This document shows, one piece after another, positions 1-13,355 of a stretch of 64,000 bases of DNA. The notes under the pieces were generated by a model. That model worked only from the letters and a program-made list of their open reading frames with translations. It did not search any database and was not told the origin of the DNA. The position numbers and the translations under genes are program-made. Position 1 is the first letter of the stretch. Each line of letters starts with the position of its first letter. The DNA is from Pseudovirgaria hyperparasitica (lineage: Eukaryota). Where the stretch lies: the NCBI GenBank assembly GCA_010093815.1, contig ML996565.1; one strand, 5' to 3'.

Positions 1-3000
1 GGCGGTCTGTTCCCTTATTTGCAACTCTGGCTTGGACAGGACCCGGGGGCAGGCCACAGTCAGCTAAGACGCCTGGTTCGGGACTGGCCGCCCCGGTACA
101 CGCAGTGGCGCTTCATGCATGATGCATCATCGTCGAGTAATATGCTATTTCGGATTGCGACGTCAGTCTCGCCGAACTCGGGGTAGTTTACCAAGACATA
201 CGATCCTATCATTCTGTTTATATTCATTTCAAGGACCACGTGAAGGATTATTGGGCTGCTACTATTGTAGCTGTTGGTGTTTGTCCAGCAATTCGTCGAA
301 TCAGTTGCATACATAATCAAGGGAAATACCCAGTTAGGGGATATAGAGTGGTGGTGCATACCAAACTTCCGAGTCCGTCAGGCTCGTCGTAGCATTTGGC
401 AACTCCGTATCGGCGAACCACGGACCACGAGACGAAGACGAACCTTATGAAGCCACATCGGTGGATCAACGGGCCCTCCTAGGTTGGCCGGCTTGGATCT
501 AGGCAAGTCAACGTCACAACAGGTGAGTCGTCAGCATGCTACGAGTAGTAGCCATAATGTGTGTACTGCGATTCGTATCATGCGATTGCTGGTCGAAGCG
601 GGAAATGCGGCTTGGTGCCTGCATGCTGGGTCGCGTCAGTGTGTCGCCGGCCAATATCATCAGGTCAGGGTAGATGATACCGCCGACACAACAGGGGCTA
701 AAGATCGAAGTTGCACGTCTGGTCAGGGGTACAAAGATGAACGTCGACAACCGAGGCGCTGGGATCAGTCGGATGGGGATGCTAGCTGTTATTATTGGGT
801 CAATACGGCAGTTTATGGAGTAGGCGTCCATGTCCCGACTATGATGACAAACAGCATCAGCGTGTCCGTCTCCGTCCAATGCACGAAGCATATCCGTCTT
901 GCTCCGTATCACAGAGTTGGTATGTGTCGTGCGGATCCATGATCAAGACTCACGAGGGCATAGGACCGTTGGCTGTCCACTAGGCAGTGACACTACTGCA
1001 GGCTGCTCACTCTAATATCCTGCTAGAAGTAGTATAAGACCGTCGATCGGCTAATTACAGGTGACATTTATCGCAGCAGCCTGTAGACAGATCTGCGATA
1101 AGTGGAGCAGAGCCTTGCAGTTGAAAAATGTCAGGAAGACGGCAGAGAATCGCGGGTCAAGGCTGTTTCCTCTGGACTACTCAGTTGACCATTACTACAC
1201 TCCTATCTTGTTGTATAGTCTCGTTCCGAAAGACTATACGTTTCGAGAGCAAAAATTGAGGTCTGGTAGTTGGGGATGTGAACGTGTGTATCATGAATCT
1301 AAGCGACGCTGAGTCAGTCTGATGGCTTTCCTGCACCTATTTTACCAATAATGAATCGAGGAGTCTAGAGCAAAGGCAGATAATACTGGTTGTTAAGACA
1401 TGCGTGTTGCCGGTCACAAACTTTCATTAGCCACCCGCCAAGTTCCTTGAGTCGACGCCTTCTCCGCGCGGTGTCTGACAAAACCAGTTAAGTATGGTGT
1501 AGTTGGCGGGACGTCCTGGATGCCTGTGCTATCATGCATGCTACAAGCAACGATGCGGCGCGGTCTTGATCGCGCACTTGCGAAACAAGGCGACATTCTT
1601 GACCGCTTTCACAAGACCGGACACTAGCATTGAGATTGGTCGCCGTCTCGGATTGCCCTGACACGAGCGCGGGAATCGTACATGTGTTGCTAGGGGGTGC
1701 TGGTAAGTGACAAAGCCGCACATACCGCAGCTGTCTAGAATGTCCAGGCCAGTAAACTAGGCCTTGTAATCCTAGGTTTCGTTTTGCATGAGAACAGCAC
1801 CGAATAATCGTGGCATGTATGTGCTCAGCCTCGCGGGGACGTCACGCAACAAGGCTATTCATCCCAATTCTGGTTTCTATCCCCAGCTTTCATAGCTGGT
1901 TTTTATTCTACGCCTGTTCGACCCATGTATGATGGTGAGCTACCCTTCGACTGCCCCGAGATCATACGTTGTGCTCGCACGAGGCCTCCGTAACAACAGG
2001 TGAAAGACACTGCCTTCGCCTGGAGGGGCTCTGTTTCGGTAGAATGCAGCGCCAGTGAAAAGCATGTGCAAGCAAAGTTAGGAGTTGGACCTTCAGCTAG
2101 TGCCAGGTTTTGCTTTATGGGAAGGAACAGCAGTAATTAAAGATGGCCCACCGCAGACTCACGGTCCAGTAGATTAGCCTCTAGGCAACAAGTGTCTATA
2201 TTATACCATAGTTGGTAGTTTCATGACTATCGATAAGTCATTTGAGGCCATGTGGGTGTCCCAGACTCAACGCCATGGCCGAGTAAAGGATTGCCTTCTT
2301 TGCCGCACAGTCCCGCCCTCGAGTGGTATCCAATCCGGCTTGATCCTTGCTGGTTGGTATCACGAAGAACGAAGACGGATCAATGACCAAAAGTCCGGGT
2401 ATAGGTTCAATTATGCCGTGAAGCTATCGACCTTAACAGCCAATCAACGCAGCGTCTCGTTATGAAGGCACGCAGCACAGTGTGTCGGCTGAAAGGCCAG
2501 ACGCTGGCAAGAAGATTTTACGGAGAATGCGGTAGCATGCGGCACTGTGAGGGTGTGACAATCCTACAGAGGATCCCTCATTTCTGTGTGATACCTGGGC
2601 CGTTGGGCATGCGGGATCTGTGTCGCAATAATGTAGATCATCGGCGGGGACAAGGCTAAGGAGAGGCGCTTCGGCAGTGGGCTTTCATCTTCCATCACCA
2701 AGTCAAAGAGTGTATGATGGCTGGGGTTGAAGTACACCCCGGTCGCAGTCCAGCCTCTAGGATTTGTACATAGTCCACACCCACGCACACCCACGCACAC
2801 ACACAAACTCCCTCATACGACGGCGCACGCCCCTGAATAGAGCTCGTTACCATAGAGCTCCTAGTGACTGGTCCACCGAAGCCCCTTGGCCAATGTCATG
2901 TTGTCATGCTGTCATGTAATCATTTGTGACTCGTGAGCTGCTCCGCAGGTACCTTGGTAGCAGTGGTAAGTTCAGCATACGTACAGGCATCCATAAAATC

Positions 3001-5805
3001 TGCATCTTCGAGGTTCCTATTATCCTTTGAGGCCTGTCTCTCGCCCATGATGACTGCTGAGTTGTCTAGTCCTGATGCATTAACCCTGAACCCTTGGAAC
3101 AGAGCAGTATTCATAGCACCTTGTCTCGCTTCGACAATTTATGTAACTCATAAGTATCACAGTGCAGCTACCGTTGACAAACGCAGCAATCTCAAAAGGA
3201 CTTCGTCTTCTAATATGGGTGAATGAGAAGGTATTAACCAAAATCATCACGGAATGAATGCGCCAGCAGCTCGGCATAATTCCTCGGTCTGACTGGCCAC
3301 AGGACATATGGCGGGCAAGCTATGGCATAGTGTGTTGTGTACATTATACGTAGTACAATAAAAGCACGACCGGAAAAAGTATGTCATTGTGGAGACGGAC
3401 ATTCTGGCTCGTGCAAGTATTCCCATCAGCAGTTCGAGACGCACGCGTTGTGAAGTTCAAACCAGCGTGTATTACTCTGTAATAGCTCGTGGGTGGCGTG
3501 TGTGCAAGGCATGCCAGATGGGAATAGGATTGCATTAGCGTCCGAAGTGGTACATGGTAAGTCAAGTGTATTACAGTACTAATACTGTAGTAAGAACCCA
3601 GCCCCAGCTCGTTAAGACGTTAGTCCAGGCAGGGTCACACTTGGCCTTTTTGCCAGGATCAAGTGAACTGTTTTATACAAGTCCCCGCGGACACCGTCTG
3701 CAGAGTATGCAGGTCAATGCTTGTTTTTTTTTCTTTGCATCCACCAGTACCGTAGTTGTCAACAGTCCCGCTTGCTAATGTGGGATGAACAAAGACTTTC
3801 GTTGATGTGAAAGCTAGCCTGCTCCTTAGTGTGGTCCCCCTCTGTCCAAAATGCCATCCTCGTAGGAATGGAAATGGGACCGACTGGGATACACATATGC
3901 GCATCGCTCGCCGCCCGCCCGCAACATGCACACACGTACACCCTCTTCCCCCTCGTAAGCTCCACAACAGTGTCATAACCTCACAGAAAGCACAAATGCA
4001 CTCACACCCAAGCAACAATGGTCCACCCCGTTGAGACTCCACGTAAACGTAATCTGCCCACTACTGCCACGTAGACTCAGCTTAGAGCTGTTCATCCGTC
4101 TTATCTGGCATATATCTGTAGGGAAATCCTAAACCAAGTCACACATAGGCACCCCAGATTCAGATGCTGGTCTGTGACGTGACGACGAAGTGGATCTTCG
4201 ACATGTCTCCGCATGCAGTACCAACAACATACATAGTAAGGCTATGTCCGTCTACCGTAGATCCATATCCCTGTTAAGTTTGAGACTGTGCCAGATGAGG
4301 AATCCATGCGGAATGCCTAGTATTCTAAATTTTCTTCGAAGGCCCACTGTCTACGGTCTCCACCCCGGACGCATAGGCCAACCCATCGGGAGCAAGGCGG
4401 TTTCTGGAAAGTTTGGAATTGGACGAGGATCTGTTTGGGGGGCTTGATACATGGATCCGACCGACTCCAACCCCAACGCCGTCCGGCTGCAGTAAGCGAC
4501 TCTGCCTCGAACGGGCTCCCAAACCGCTCCTTATTTCCACAATGCAGGTCGCAGACATGAAAGGCCAGCCACCCAAGGCTAGGTCTGTTGTCTGTGACCT
4601 TGCCTGGACCTCCGGCCGAGCCAACCGTGGGGCTTGACGCCGATTTAGATTCCTCAGGCTGATGAAAGACGCAGGCGACCCTCTGTCCGAAACAGTCCGC
4701 TCTTCTAGGATGGGGCCCCCTCCTCCTCATCAGGTCCAGAGACGAGATCCCAAGGCCATGGTCTTAGGCGCGGTCGTGCTGCTTCTGTAGTCTTATGGAT
4801 ACCGCCCGCGCTACTCATTGCATGGTAGAATGTCTCCCTTCTCCATCAAGCTCCGGGGCTTTATTGTCGTTCCATCACACGTCTTTGTACTCGCGTGATT
4901 GGTTAGAATGCCCTGCCACAGGTCATACTCCAGCTAAGCTGCCTCCCGCGCTGTCATGCGGCTAAAGATGGAAGACGTTCCTTCATCTTGGACTTGCCGA
5001 GCACCATGCACTGTCTTCCTTCATCCAACAATGTTCCAGCGGCCAAACTAGCTTTAACGCTGTTTGACCGCTCCTGGCACACATTGCCCCCTACTACTAT
5101 GTACTACGCAAATTCTCTCCGGCTGAGTCGTTGCACCTTAGGATGTCCCGACCGTCCAGTCCCACCCGAACACACCACGGTAAACACTACTATTCACCAC
5201 CCATGTACGTATGCAGCAGGTCGTCGAATCTTCTCCAGGGCTGCGGCGTGGATTTGCTTTACGCCATGCTACAGACCTACCCGCGCGCTGAGTCTACCTC
5301 CTAGTCCCACCCTTATTATTCGGTCTTTATTGGTTTTTCCTTCGGCTTGATTGTTCCATGCTCTCTGCTTTGATGTCGTAGATCACAGCTTGCATACTTT
5401 CCAAGCCTCCCTGGTTGTGTCACTAGGCCATCTCGTCCCAGTCATTCCTACATTGTTAGATTCCCTTAGTGGCAGCTTTCCATATCAAGCCATATGTCCC
5501 GAATCCCAACCTCCGTTGTCCACTTTCCTGGTACCCCCAAGCCCGTCATACCACCAGCGAACGCCAAGCTCCTTCCACATGGATCATGTTGTGTTAGAAG
5601 TACCGTGAGGTGCCCACCTGTTTGATTTGTGTAAGAACGAGTCCGCCCGGCATGATACTCAGGTAGTCATCATATACATCACCCTCCCTTAGCTTCTGCC
5701 TTCTCCACGTAGCTCATATATTGGTCAATCGTCCCTTTCTACGCACGGCTCACCACTCACCTATACGAAATCATCATTGAGAAGTCATTGACACAGTTGG
5801 CAACT

Positions 5806-6915
5806 ATGCCGACGCACTCGCGCCGTGTATCACGGAGCTCTAACAGCCAGGTTGGCTCATCGCAATACCGACACACGAGTAGAGTTGCGAAGCCTCGCAG
5901 TGACCACAATTCTCCCCAGGCATCTAGTCGGAGAAGAACCACTACACCATCTTCGAAACGATATACTACACTAGACGACCACTTTAACATGATGTTCGGC
6001 TATACAAACGACGAGGAAGTTATTCACGATCTACAACCTGGGCACTCACATCGGCCCGTGAGTTGGCATCCAGGCTCATCACGCAACGTTCTCCAATCCC
6101 ATATGTCTCCGACGGACGGGTGGACACCTCAAAGAAGGCCTCGCGAACATTCTGAAAGCTCTCATCCGCAGTCCCCATTCGCAACTTTCATACCGCATCA
6201 GTCCAATTTTCACTCAAATAGTAACACAACAGCCGCTGTTTCATACGCAAACTCGCCATCTTGGTGCGACGTCCCGAGCGAGGTCGACTCTTCACACAGG
6301 CTATCTAGTCATTCAACATCCAATGGTCAACCTGATTCGTGGTCGGTACCAGACTGGGTACGGATGACACAGGTGCAATCAACAACTGTTTCACCAGATA
6401 TACTTCCAATCCAGGCTCCAATGGAGGAGATCGAGACGGATGACGAGGAGGACGAGGAGAAGGACGAGGCGGATGGGAGAGAGTTGGTGGGCATGGGACT
6501 CTATGATCCTCCTGAGGGCTACCACTCGTGGTTCGCATCCGGTACTGAACCCACTGGAAAGGGACTAAAGCTGGAGGAGACGTGGGAGCCACCATCAGAG
6601 GACGAGAACAGCGAAGCAGGAGAGGATGAGACAGACGAATCCGAGGACAGGATGGACGCTGGAGAGAATGATGCAAGCTCGGAGTGCGCCAGTGTCAAAG
6701 AATCTCTTCCTCCGGCTCCCATACACAACATCATATCACCACCAGTCAAAGATCTTACGCATGCTTACTCCGGACACAAAATTCACGATAATATGTCTGG
6801 GCACAGTTTCTTCTTCTCCGAACACGACGACGACAATGTCAAAAATGAGTGGTGGTACCAGCATCTGCGTTCCACCACAGCGCCTACTACGAGCCTTGGC
6901 TATGGTTGGCTATAG
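5806..6915 (+). CDS. Conserved fungal hypothetical protein, largely disordered, Ser-rich and acidic
   Basis: Single long ORF with first ATG at 5806. Contains RPVSWHP, ELVGMGLYDPP, GKGLKLEETWEPP and C-terminal GYGWL motifs, typical of an uncharacterised Pezizomycotina family. Upstream exons are not excluded. Confidence 0.75.
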   Translation: MPTHSRRVSRSSNSQVGSSQYRHTSRVAKPRSDHNSPQASSRRRTTTPSSKRYTTLDDHFNMMFGYTNDEEVIHDLQPGHSHRPVSWHPGSSRNVLQSHMSPTDGWTPQRRPREHSESSHPQSPFATFIPHQSNFHSNSNTTAAVSYANSPSWCDVPSEVDSSHRLSSHSTSNGQPDSWSVPDWVRMTQVQSTTVSPDILPIQAPMEEIETDDEEDEEKDEADGRELVGMGLYDPPEGYHSWFASGTEPTGKGLKLEETWEPPSEDENSEAGEDETDESEDRMDAGENDASSECASVKESLPPAPIHNIISPPVKDLTHAYSGHKIHDNMSGHSFFFSEHDDDNVKNEWWYQHLRSTTAPTTSLGYGWL

Positions 6916-7250
6916 TTGGCTATAAATCCATTAACGACGACGAACCGTCACGTTTCACTTCCCATGATACCCCTTTATGACGCCGGCGTCATACGACTAA
7001 ACGAACATAATTTTGTCGGCTTATACGACTTGGAATGAGAACAAGAGGTTTTCAATCCACACGATGACTCGCTGCCCGATGCATATCGGCTATGAGTACA
7101 CGGAGGCAGGAACTTATATCCACATGTAGATTAGAAATGCGATCACTCGCAAAGTGTTATAAAACGAGCGCAATATCATTACGTAGCTCTTTCAGAACTC
7201 ATATTGACTGACACGTGGTTATTGTATGTGTATTGCCCGTTCCCTGCCGC

Positions 7251-7260
7251 CCTGAGGCAT
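7251..7260 (+). promoter_or_regulatory. CCTGAGGCAT candidate promoter element upstream of LAS1 (CACGTG E-boxes nearby at 7212, 7327, 7351)
   Basis: The same 10-mer lies at almost the same distance upstream of the pseudouridine synthase gene. Confidence 0.35.
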
Positions 7261-7439
7261 TGCTAGGGGCCGATGTCAGTTTTAGCAAGCGCTAGTACAT
7301 CTAGCGCAGAGCTAAGCCTTGTTTTACACGTGCAGATCGCTGTACATCCACACGTGATCTATCTCGAAATTTCTTTGGCGAGTTGTTCGTGCAACGACAA
7401 TATCACGACGCCTTCCAAGGCCCGTGTTGACAATCATTA

Positions 7440-8917
7440 ATGGATGAAGGCTATGGCATAAGTCATCTCCAACACGAAGATGCAGACTATCAGGTAACGC
7501 CGTGGAAGACCGCGTCTGAGCTCCTCATCGTTCGAGCCCAGCTCTTTGGCCTCGAAGGTCAAGATACGGAAGAAAGCCGCAAAGATGCTCTACAGCGGGT
7601 ACACTACACTAACAGAAGTACTTGAAATACTGTCTGACCTTGCATTCTAGATATATGCCTGGCAGGCTCGCGGCGTCATTCCCTTGCCAGTTGAGAGCAC
7701 CGCTCTTCTAGTTCAAGCCCAGATGTTCGACAAAGTCCAGGACGACTCACAGATGGCTATGCGCATGGTATATGCAACAGCAGTCCTCAGGTAAACTGCG
7801 CTCCCTTGCACTATTTCCCCAAACTCATTCTCACGCAACCACCAAGATTTGTCACAGCTATCTGCGATGCCTTCCAACCAAACGGCCGCGAGAAATTGCC
7901 CATGCAGACCATCGGCACTCTTCTCAAGCTCCCTCCGGGGCTCGTGGAGACACGTCATGATGCCACTCACAAGGTTTTGCCTACGTTGAAGAGACTCCAA
8001 CACGCAACCGAGGAATCATTGACTTGGCTTTGGAACTACTACTGGAAAGACATTGATCAAGTCGTGTCCGAAATCGACCCGCCAGAGACGGAAGAATCGC
8101 TCGTGGAATCCAAAACTAGCATCCAAGCCGCGCTAAGAGCGTATCTAACATCCAGAAAATCAGAGGTGAAGAAGAAAGTCAGGGACGGCGTCGCCGGTCC
8201 AGAGGGCTGTCGGGAATGTCTAAAGCTCTGCGGCAAACTCCAACACGGACAAGCAATCCTCGTAGGACTGTTAGTCGGCGAGAGAATGATCCTCCCAGCT
8301 GACCGAGAGTACGTCTCTTCTCACCTCCAACCACATCTTCGCCCTCTCTTTTCCCATCTAACACGCCCATCAGACTCGGCAGCAGCATGGAAGGCGCATT
8401 CCTCCTCTGGAATCCCCTATTCCTCCAACTCGACATCTACCAGCCACGCTTCCTGAGCGCCCTAGTCAGCAGCATGACACAACTCATGAACGCATCAACC
8501 GCACATCGTGTATCCCTTGACCCCGTCAAAGAAGCAATGTTCGCCTGGCTCCACCACATTCTCACCGCTCCCGCGTGGGGGAAGCACCGGGCTTACGAGC
8601 ACGGCTTCCGCGACCTCAAAACCCAAATCTTGGCTGATTGCTTCTCAAACTTCACACATTGGAGTCAGAAGCTGGCTGCGGCGGTCTTGGAAACTGCTGC
8701 TGATGATGAGGAGGAGGACGGGGTGTTCGCTGACTGGGCTCCGGTCATGGAGGCGTGTATGGCTGCCACGGCTGGTGATGGTGTGGATAGTAAAGTACCT
8801 GCGGATGTCCCCACTTCGAATGTGAAAGTGAATGGACATGATAAGGCCGATTTCAGTCTTCCTTCTGGCTGGACTAGAGTCCTGCGCTCACAGCTTCCCA
8901 ATAACATTCTGAGCTGA
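7440..8917 (+). CDS. LAS1: Las1 HEPN endoribonuclease (pre-rRNA ITS2 cleavage); exons 7440-7598, 7651-7790, 7847-8308, 8374-8917
   Basis: N-terminal TPW..EL..VR, W..RG..P..VESTA.L, RFVT..D, catalytic RHDATH (RxxxxH) and WLWNYYW. Three GT-AG introns restore one frame. Confidence 0.92.
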
Positions 8918-8952
8918 TGACGTTTCGAACGTGACTTCAATACAATTCTCTA

Positions 8953-9044
8953 CACGAGACCACTGGCACCTAACGCAAGCCATCGTGATATCTTTAAGCA
9001 CGAGACCACTGGCATTTATCGCAAGCCATCGTGACATCTTTAAG
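8953..9044 (+). repeat. 46-bp tandem duplication just downstream of the LAS1 stop
   Basis: cacgagaccactggca...tctttaag at 8953-8998 and 8999-9044, with few mismatches. Confidence 0.9.
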
Positions 9045-9855
9045 CACAATACCAGTCTGCCAGACAAGCCGCCTCTCTGGCACTTCTACAAAAGCCTCAC
9101 GCCAAAGGCCAATCGCCTCACCGTCAACAGGCTCTTGCACCAATCACTATACCAGAATAGTACCAGCATAAAAACCTCTTGGCTCAGAACTACAGGATAT
9201 CGAAATAAAACAAATCAATCTTCAGAACATTCAAGGTCGACATATGTATGGATGTGGCCAACCTACAACCCTGATCGCTCAGGAAACCCCGGAGCCTGCT
9301 TTAAAGCTGTGCATATCACCGAGAAAGTCAATCACTGTGCTGCTATATGTCGCTAGTGTCTATCAACCTTGCAGGTGCTTTTATGCTATTGTTATTCTCT
9401 TTTCCATGGACACGTGAACGAGATTTATGGGGTGGGCTGGCTGAGTTAGACACATGGCATGATCTCTTGGGGATTTTAGATGACACGATCGTGACAATTA
9501 TACTTTCTTAAGCACAGAATGCAACGCTCCGTAAGGCCCTTGATGACGGAGTCGTAGTTTTGTACAGACTCGAAGTCAAAGTTTTATGGGACTGCCATAC
9601 TATTACGTGGTTTTGGTGGAACAACAATATGTTACCTACATTTGGCAAGCCTCCAGTAATGCATATATGAAGAATCGCGTCTCGGAGAGATGAAACTGGT
9701 AGTAGAATCGCACGAAATGCTTTTATGTACCTGTTTCTACTAAAACTATATTTTCAACTGAGAAAACTGCCGCCGTTTTCTGTGGTTGACTAATTTTTAC
9801 AATGGAGCGAGCAGATAGCGACACTGTTGATACTCAGAGTAAGCGATGACCATGT

Positions 9856-11482
9856 CTAACCCATAACCATGCCTTTGAGGCCAGCCATGTCACCTTCCTT
9901 CGCAGCGATCTCGAAGTAGCTGTAGATGATGGTGACGGCTAGTAGGATACCTGTACCGCTTCCAAGAGCACCAAGAAGATCGCTTCCAACAGAGAGTGCA
10001 CCAATGCACGCACCACCGAAGGCAGCAGCGGTTGGAATGACACGCTTAAGCTCCTTGTACATAGATTCCTCGCGGTGACCAGCCATGACGAGACCTTGCT
10101 CTTTGAGCTGCTTGGCAACGTCCCGAGGAGAGGAGCCGGAAACTTCGATCCAAGTCTTAGAGAAGACGGCGCAGGCGGTGAGCATGTAAGCGATGAATAC
10201 ACCGGTCTTGACCGGGTCGTAAAGAGCTTCAGTGAAATTCAGGGGAGGAGACCTATGACACAACTACGGTTAGCACACATTTTTCATGAAATGATATCGT
10301 GCTTGTTGACTTACATGTAGTATGCAAGGCCAGAGGCAGCATAGAGCTGAGCGGATCCCTCACGGGGCTCCCATACACCGATCAGACGAACAAGGAGATT
10401 GTCGGAGAACCGTTGGTAGAGCATCTGGCTAACGATGAAAATGTTGGAGGACAGAGCAGACTGAAGCATGATAGGCATGTTGGAGGTGTAGAACAGGCGG
10501 ACGGGGTACGAGCCGCGCATACCACGCTGGCGAGATGACTTAACGGGAATTTCGACGCGGAAACCCTGGAGATAGATGACGGCTCCAAAGACAACGACAG
10601 TAGCCAAAAGGTTCATGATGTTGGGTAGGTTCTGGCGGTAAAAGGCCTCGCGCAGAGCGAGCTGCTTGTTTTGCCACGTCATGAGAAGGTGGAACAGAGC
10701 AATGATGGCGCCCTCGAATTCTGGACCACGACCAGTGTTAATTGTGGTCGGGGAGAAAGCCTTCCAAACGATGGACTCGCAGATGTTTGTGGCAATAAAG
10801 AGCGAGATACCACTTCCAAGACCGTAGCCCTTCTGCAGGAGTTCGTCGAGCAGAATGACGATGAGGCCAGAAATGATAAGCTGAACGATGAGGAGCACAC
10901 AGATACCGGCACCAAGATCACTCGGTGGGCCATATAGACCAGTCAAAACGTAGACACAGGCTTGTCCGAACGAAAGAATGATGGCCAAGAGCTTCTGAGC
11001 TGTCTGATACAGCTCACGGTCAGACTTGAGGTCCAAGTTGACATCAATGAGGTGTGTACCAGCCAGGAGCTGGAAGACCATGCCGGAGGAGATAATTGGT
11101 GTGATACCCAATTCCATCAAAGTTCCTCTGTTACTCGCCATCATCATACGGAGCCAGTATAGCGGATCTGAGGTGTCGGAGGAGACAATGCCGTAGAGGG
11201 GCCTTTGGACGGGGTCAATATCTCTGGTCATCCGCTTGCGTGCAGGCTTCTTACATTTGGCTCATGACCAAGAAGATCAATAGTGTTACACCTGTCCATA
11301 CTAATCGTTGGTTGAATGGTGTCTTCGTCTCCGGAAGGGCGATCTCTGGTACGATCGGGGTGAATGGCTTCACCAAATCGAGGAACCTGACTGTGATGAA
11401 ATATGATGATTAGCTACGTGGCCGAGCTGAGAATGTTGCGCGAGGGAGCGCACGGCTTTGCAATATACTTACGGCCGCTCAT
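9856..11482 (-). CDS. SEC61: Sec61 translocon alpha subunit; exons 11482-11473, 11390-11255, 11202-10315, 10252-9856
   Basis: [78 protein letters not shown]. Canonical introns. Confidence 0.98.
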
Positions 11483-11889
11483 GTTTGCGTTACCCTTCCT
11501 GGGTAATAGAACGGATTGACACGGGGGAGATAATTGGATTTGGAGACGAAGGGTGAAGTGGAAAGGAGCGACGAGAATATGGCCTGAAGGAGGAATGTGT
11601 GTGGGAGCGAAACGTGTCCACGGTGAGGAAGCTTGCTTGACTAAGCAAGAGCTTAGCGGCGTCCGTCCTCTCACATCTATGAAGCGTGCGCTGCTCACTA
11701 CTCACCCCTATCTATTCTACGTTACTCAGACACATGTCACCTTACCATCACAAATGCCTTGGTCTTCCATGTAGTGATATTTATCAGACTTAAACCATCT
11801 TTATATTAGTCCACAGGTTTCGATGTGTCTCAGGCCGCCCTACCCTCACCGGCTATGCCAAACCAGTAAGGGAATATACGGATGTCTGT

Positions 11890-12633
11890 TCATGGCTTGC
11901 TTTCGGCTTCAACAGCGTCTGCCATCTCGCCAAGTGTACCATACATGCGGTCGTAAATGGCACCTTCTCGATTGCCCATTGCTGCACCCTTCCTTGCAAT
12001 CCATACACTCCTGATTCCTACCTTTTGTGCCGGCTGGTGATCATGGAACTGGCTTTGCGCCGTCTGGAGTACCTGAGCCTTCTCAACTCCTAGGTGCTCC
12101 TTGACATATTCCAGCATATACTCAAAGTTGCGAAGATCCGGCTTGTATGAGCCAATGTCCTGTGCTGTCAAGATGGCGTCGAACTTCACGCCCGCGAGTG
12201 GGCCAGCATTGGTCTTCGCGAATGATGCACGGTCGACATTTGATAGGACTACGAGCTTATATGTCTTGCTGAGCCGTCGCAGTGCGTCAACCGTGTCTGT
12301 GAAAGCTGGCCACTCGCCGACAGTATTTCCGAACGCGGTGCTCTCTTCATTTGTGGGTATAGGCAGGCCCATCTGCTCTGCGAATTGCTGATGCACAGTC
12401 GCGAGGAGCTCATTGTATGGCTTTGATGGGGTCCGGGTCTGCTGGTCAGCCTCCAACTTGTGGAAGGCATTCATCAACTCTTCCCTAGTCGCAGAGGCCT
12501 TGGAATCATCCTTGGTCAGAAGTGGTTGCAGAGCGGTAATAATACCGCCTTCCCAGTCGATCAAAGTACCATAAACGTCGAAGGAGAGTACTTTGTAGTC
12601 GAGAAGGTTGATTGTAGATGTATCCTTAGCCAT
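11890..12633 (-). CDS. HAD-superfamily haloacid dehalogenase type II-like hydrolase, intronless
   Basis: Motifs FDVYGTLIDWE, LSNVD, SYKPD and AQSQFHD. Confidence 0.9.
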   Translation of the reverse strand: MAKDTSTINLLDYKVLSFDVYGTLIDWEGGIITALQPLLTKDDSKASATREELMNAFHKLEADQQTRTPSKPYNELLATVHQQFAEQMGLPIPTNEESTAFGNTVGEWPAFTDTVDALRRLSKTYKLVVLSNVDRASFAKTNAGPLAGVKFDAILTAQDIGSYKPDLRNFEYMLEYVKEHLGVEKAQVLQTAQSQFHDHQPAQKVGIRSVWIARKGAAMGNREGAIYDRMYGTLGEMADAVEAESKP

Positions 12634-13355
12634 CGTGATGCGGGTACGGCAACTTGCTTGGGAATTTTTCTGGAAATTTTGTTTTCTCCTGTCATCGTTA
12701 GCTTTGAGGTAATATCTATATTCAATTGTCTAGTCATCGCAAGAACAACAGGGCGTAGACGTCGATCTTGGCGGCAAGGACCCCGCAGAGGCACCAAGCA
12801 ACAAGGCGTATACACACACTTGCCGCTTATGGGTAATTAAAGGTTCATCCATGGATGTCCGATGTGGATATGCCAAGATGAGATATTATGCGCATAACCA
12901 AGCGGGAACCATTAATACTGTGGTGACATATTGTCAATGCTTTCTAGATCGATCCTGCGCGCTGGTCGATCAGCCATCACATCATATATGTTCTAGAGAA
13001 GCATTCACTACACTCAATACCAAGGTGGTCTTGATCAGCGGACATAATATTTCTTATCATGATCTGCTATAAAAGAACTACCATGATCATATCGCAACTT
13101 TGTCGGTGTCTTAACATATTGCAAGCAAATGTCGGCCCCAAAAGCGGCACTAGAGCCATCGTCGCAGATGTCGCCGCTAAGAGCAATTGTGCAAGTGACA
13201 TTCTTGGGACGTGCGTCTGGTTTCTTCTTCTCTGCTCCGACAATATATTTCCATCCTCGCTTCGACTCGGGTTCAGCCCAGGTCAGTCGATATTTCAAGC
13301 ATACATTTCAAGTTCAATGGCTTCGCCGTGAGACGAGGGTTGTGTTTTGAACGAG

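Noticed and set aside
3081..3095. TAACCCTGAACCCT, telomere- or telomerase-template-like
   Set aside because: Imperfect and isolated, with no other supporting elements.
3638..3675. Resemblance to the U2 snRNA 5' end (GCCTTTTTGCCAGGATCAAGTG)
   Set aside because: Lacks the branch-pairing GTAGTA and the rest of U2. Chance match or at most a decayed fragment.
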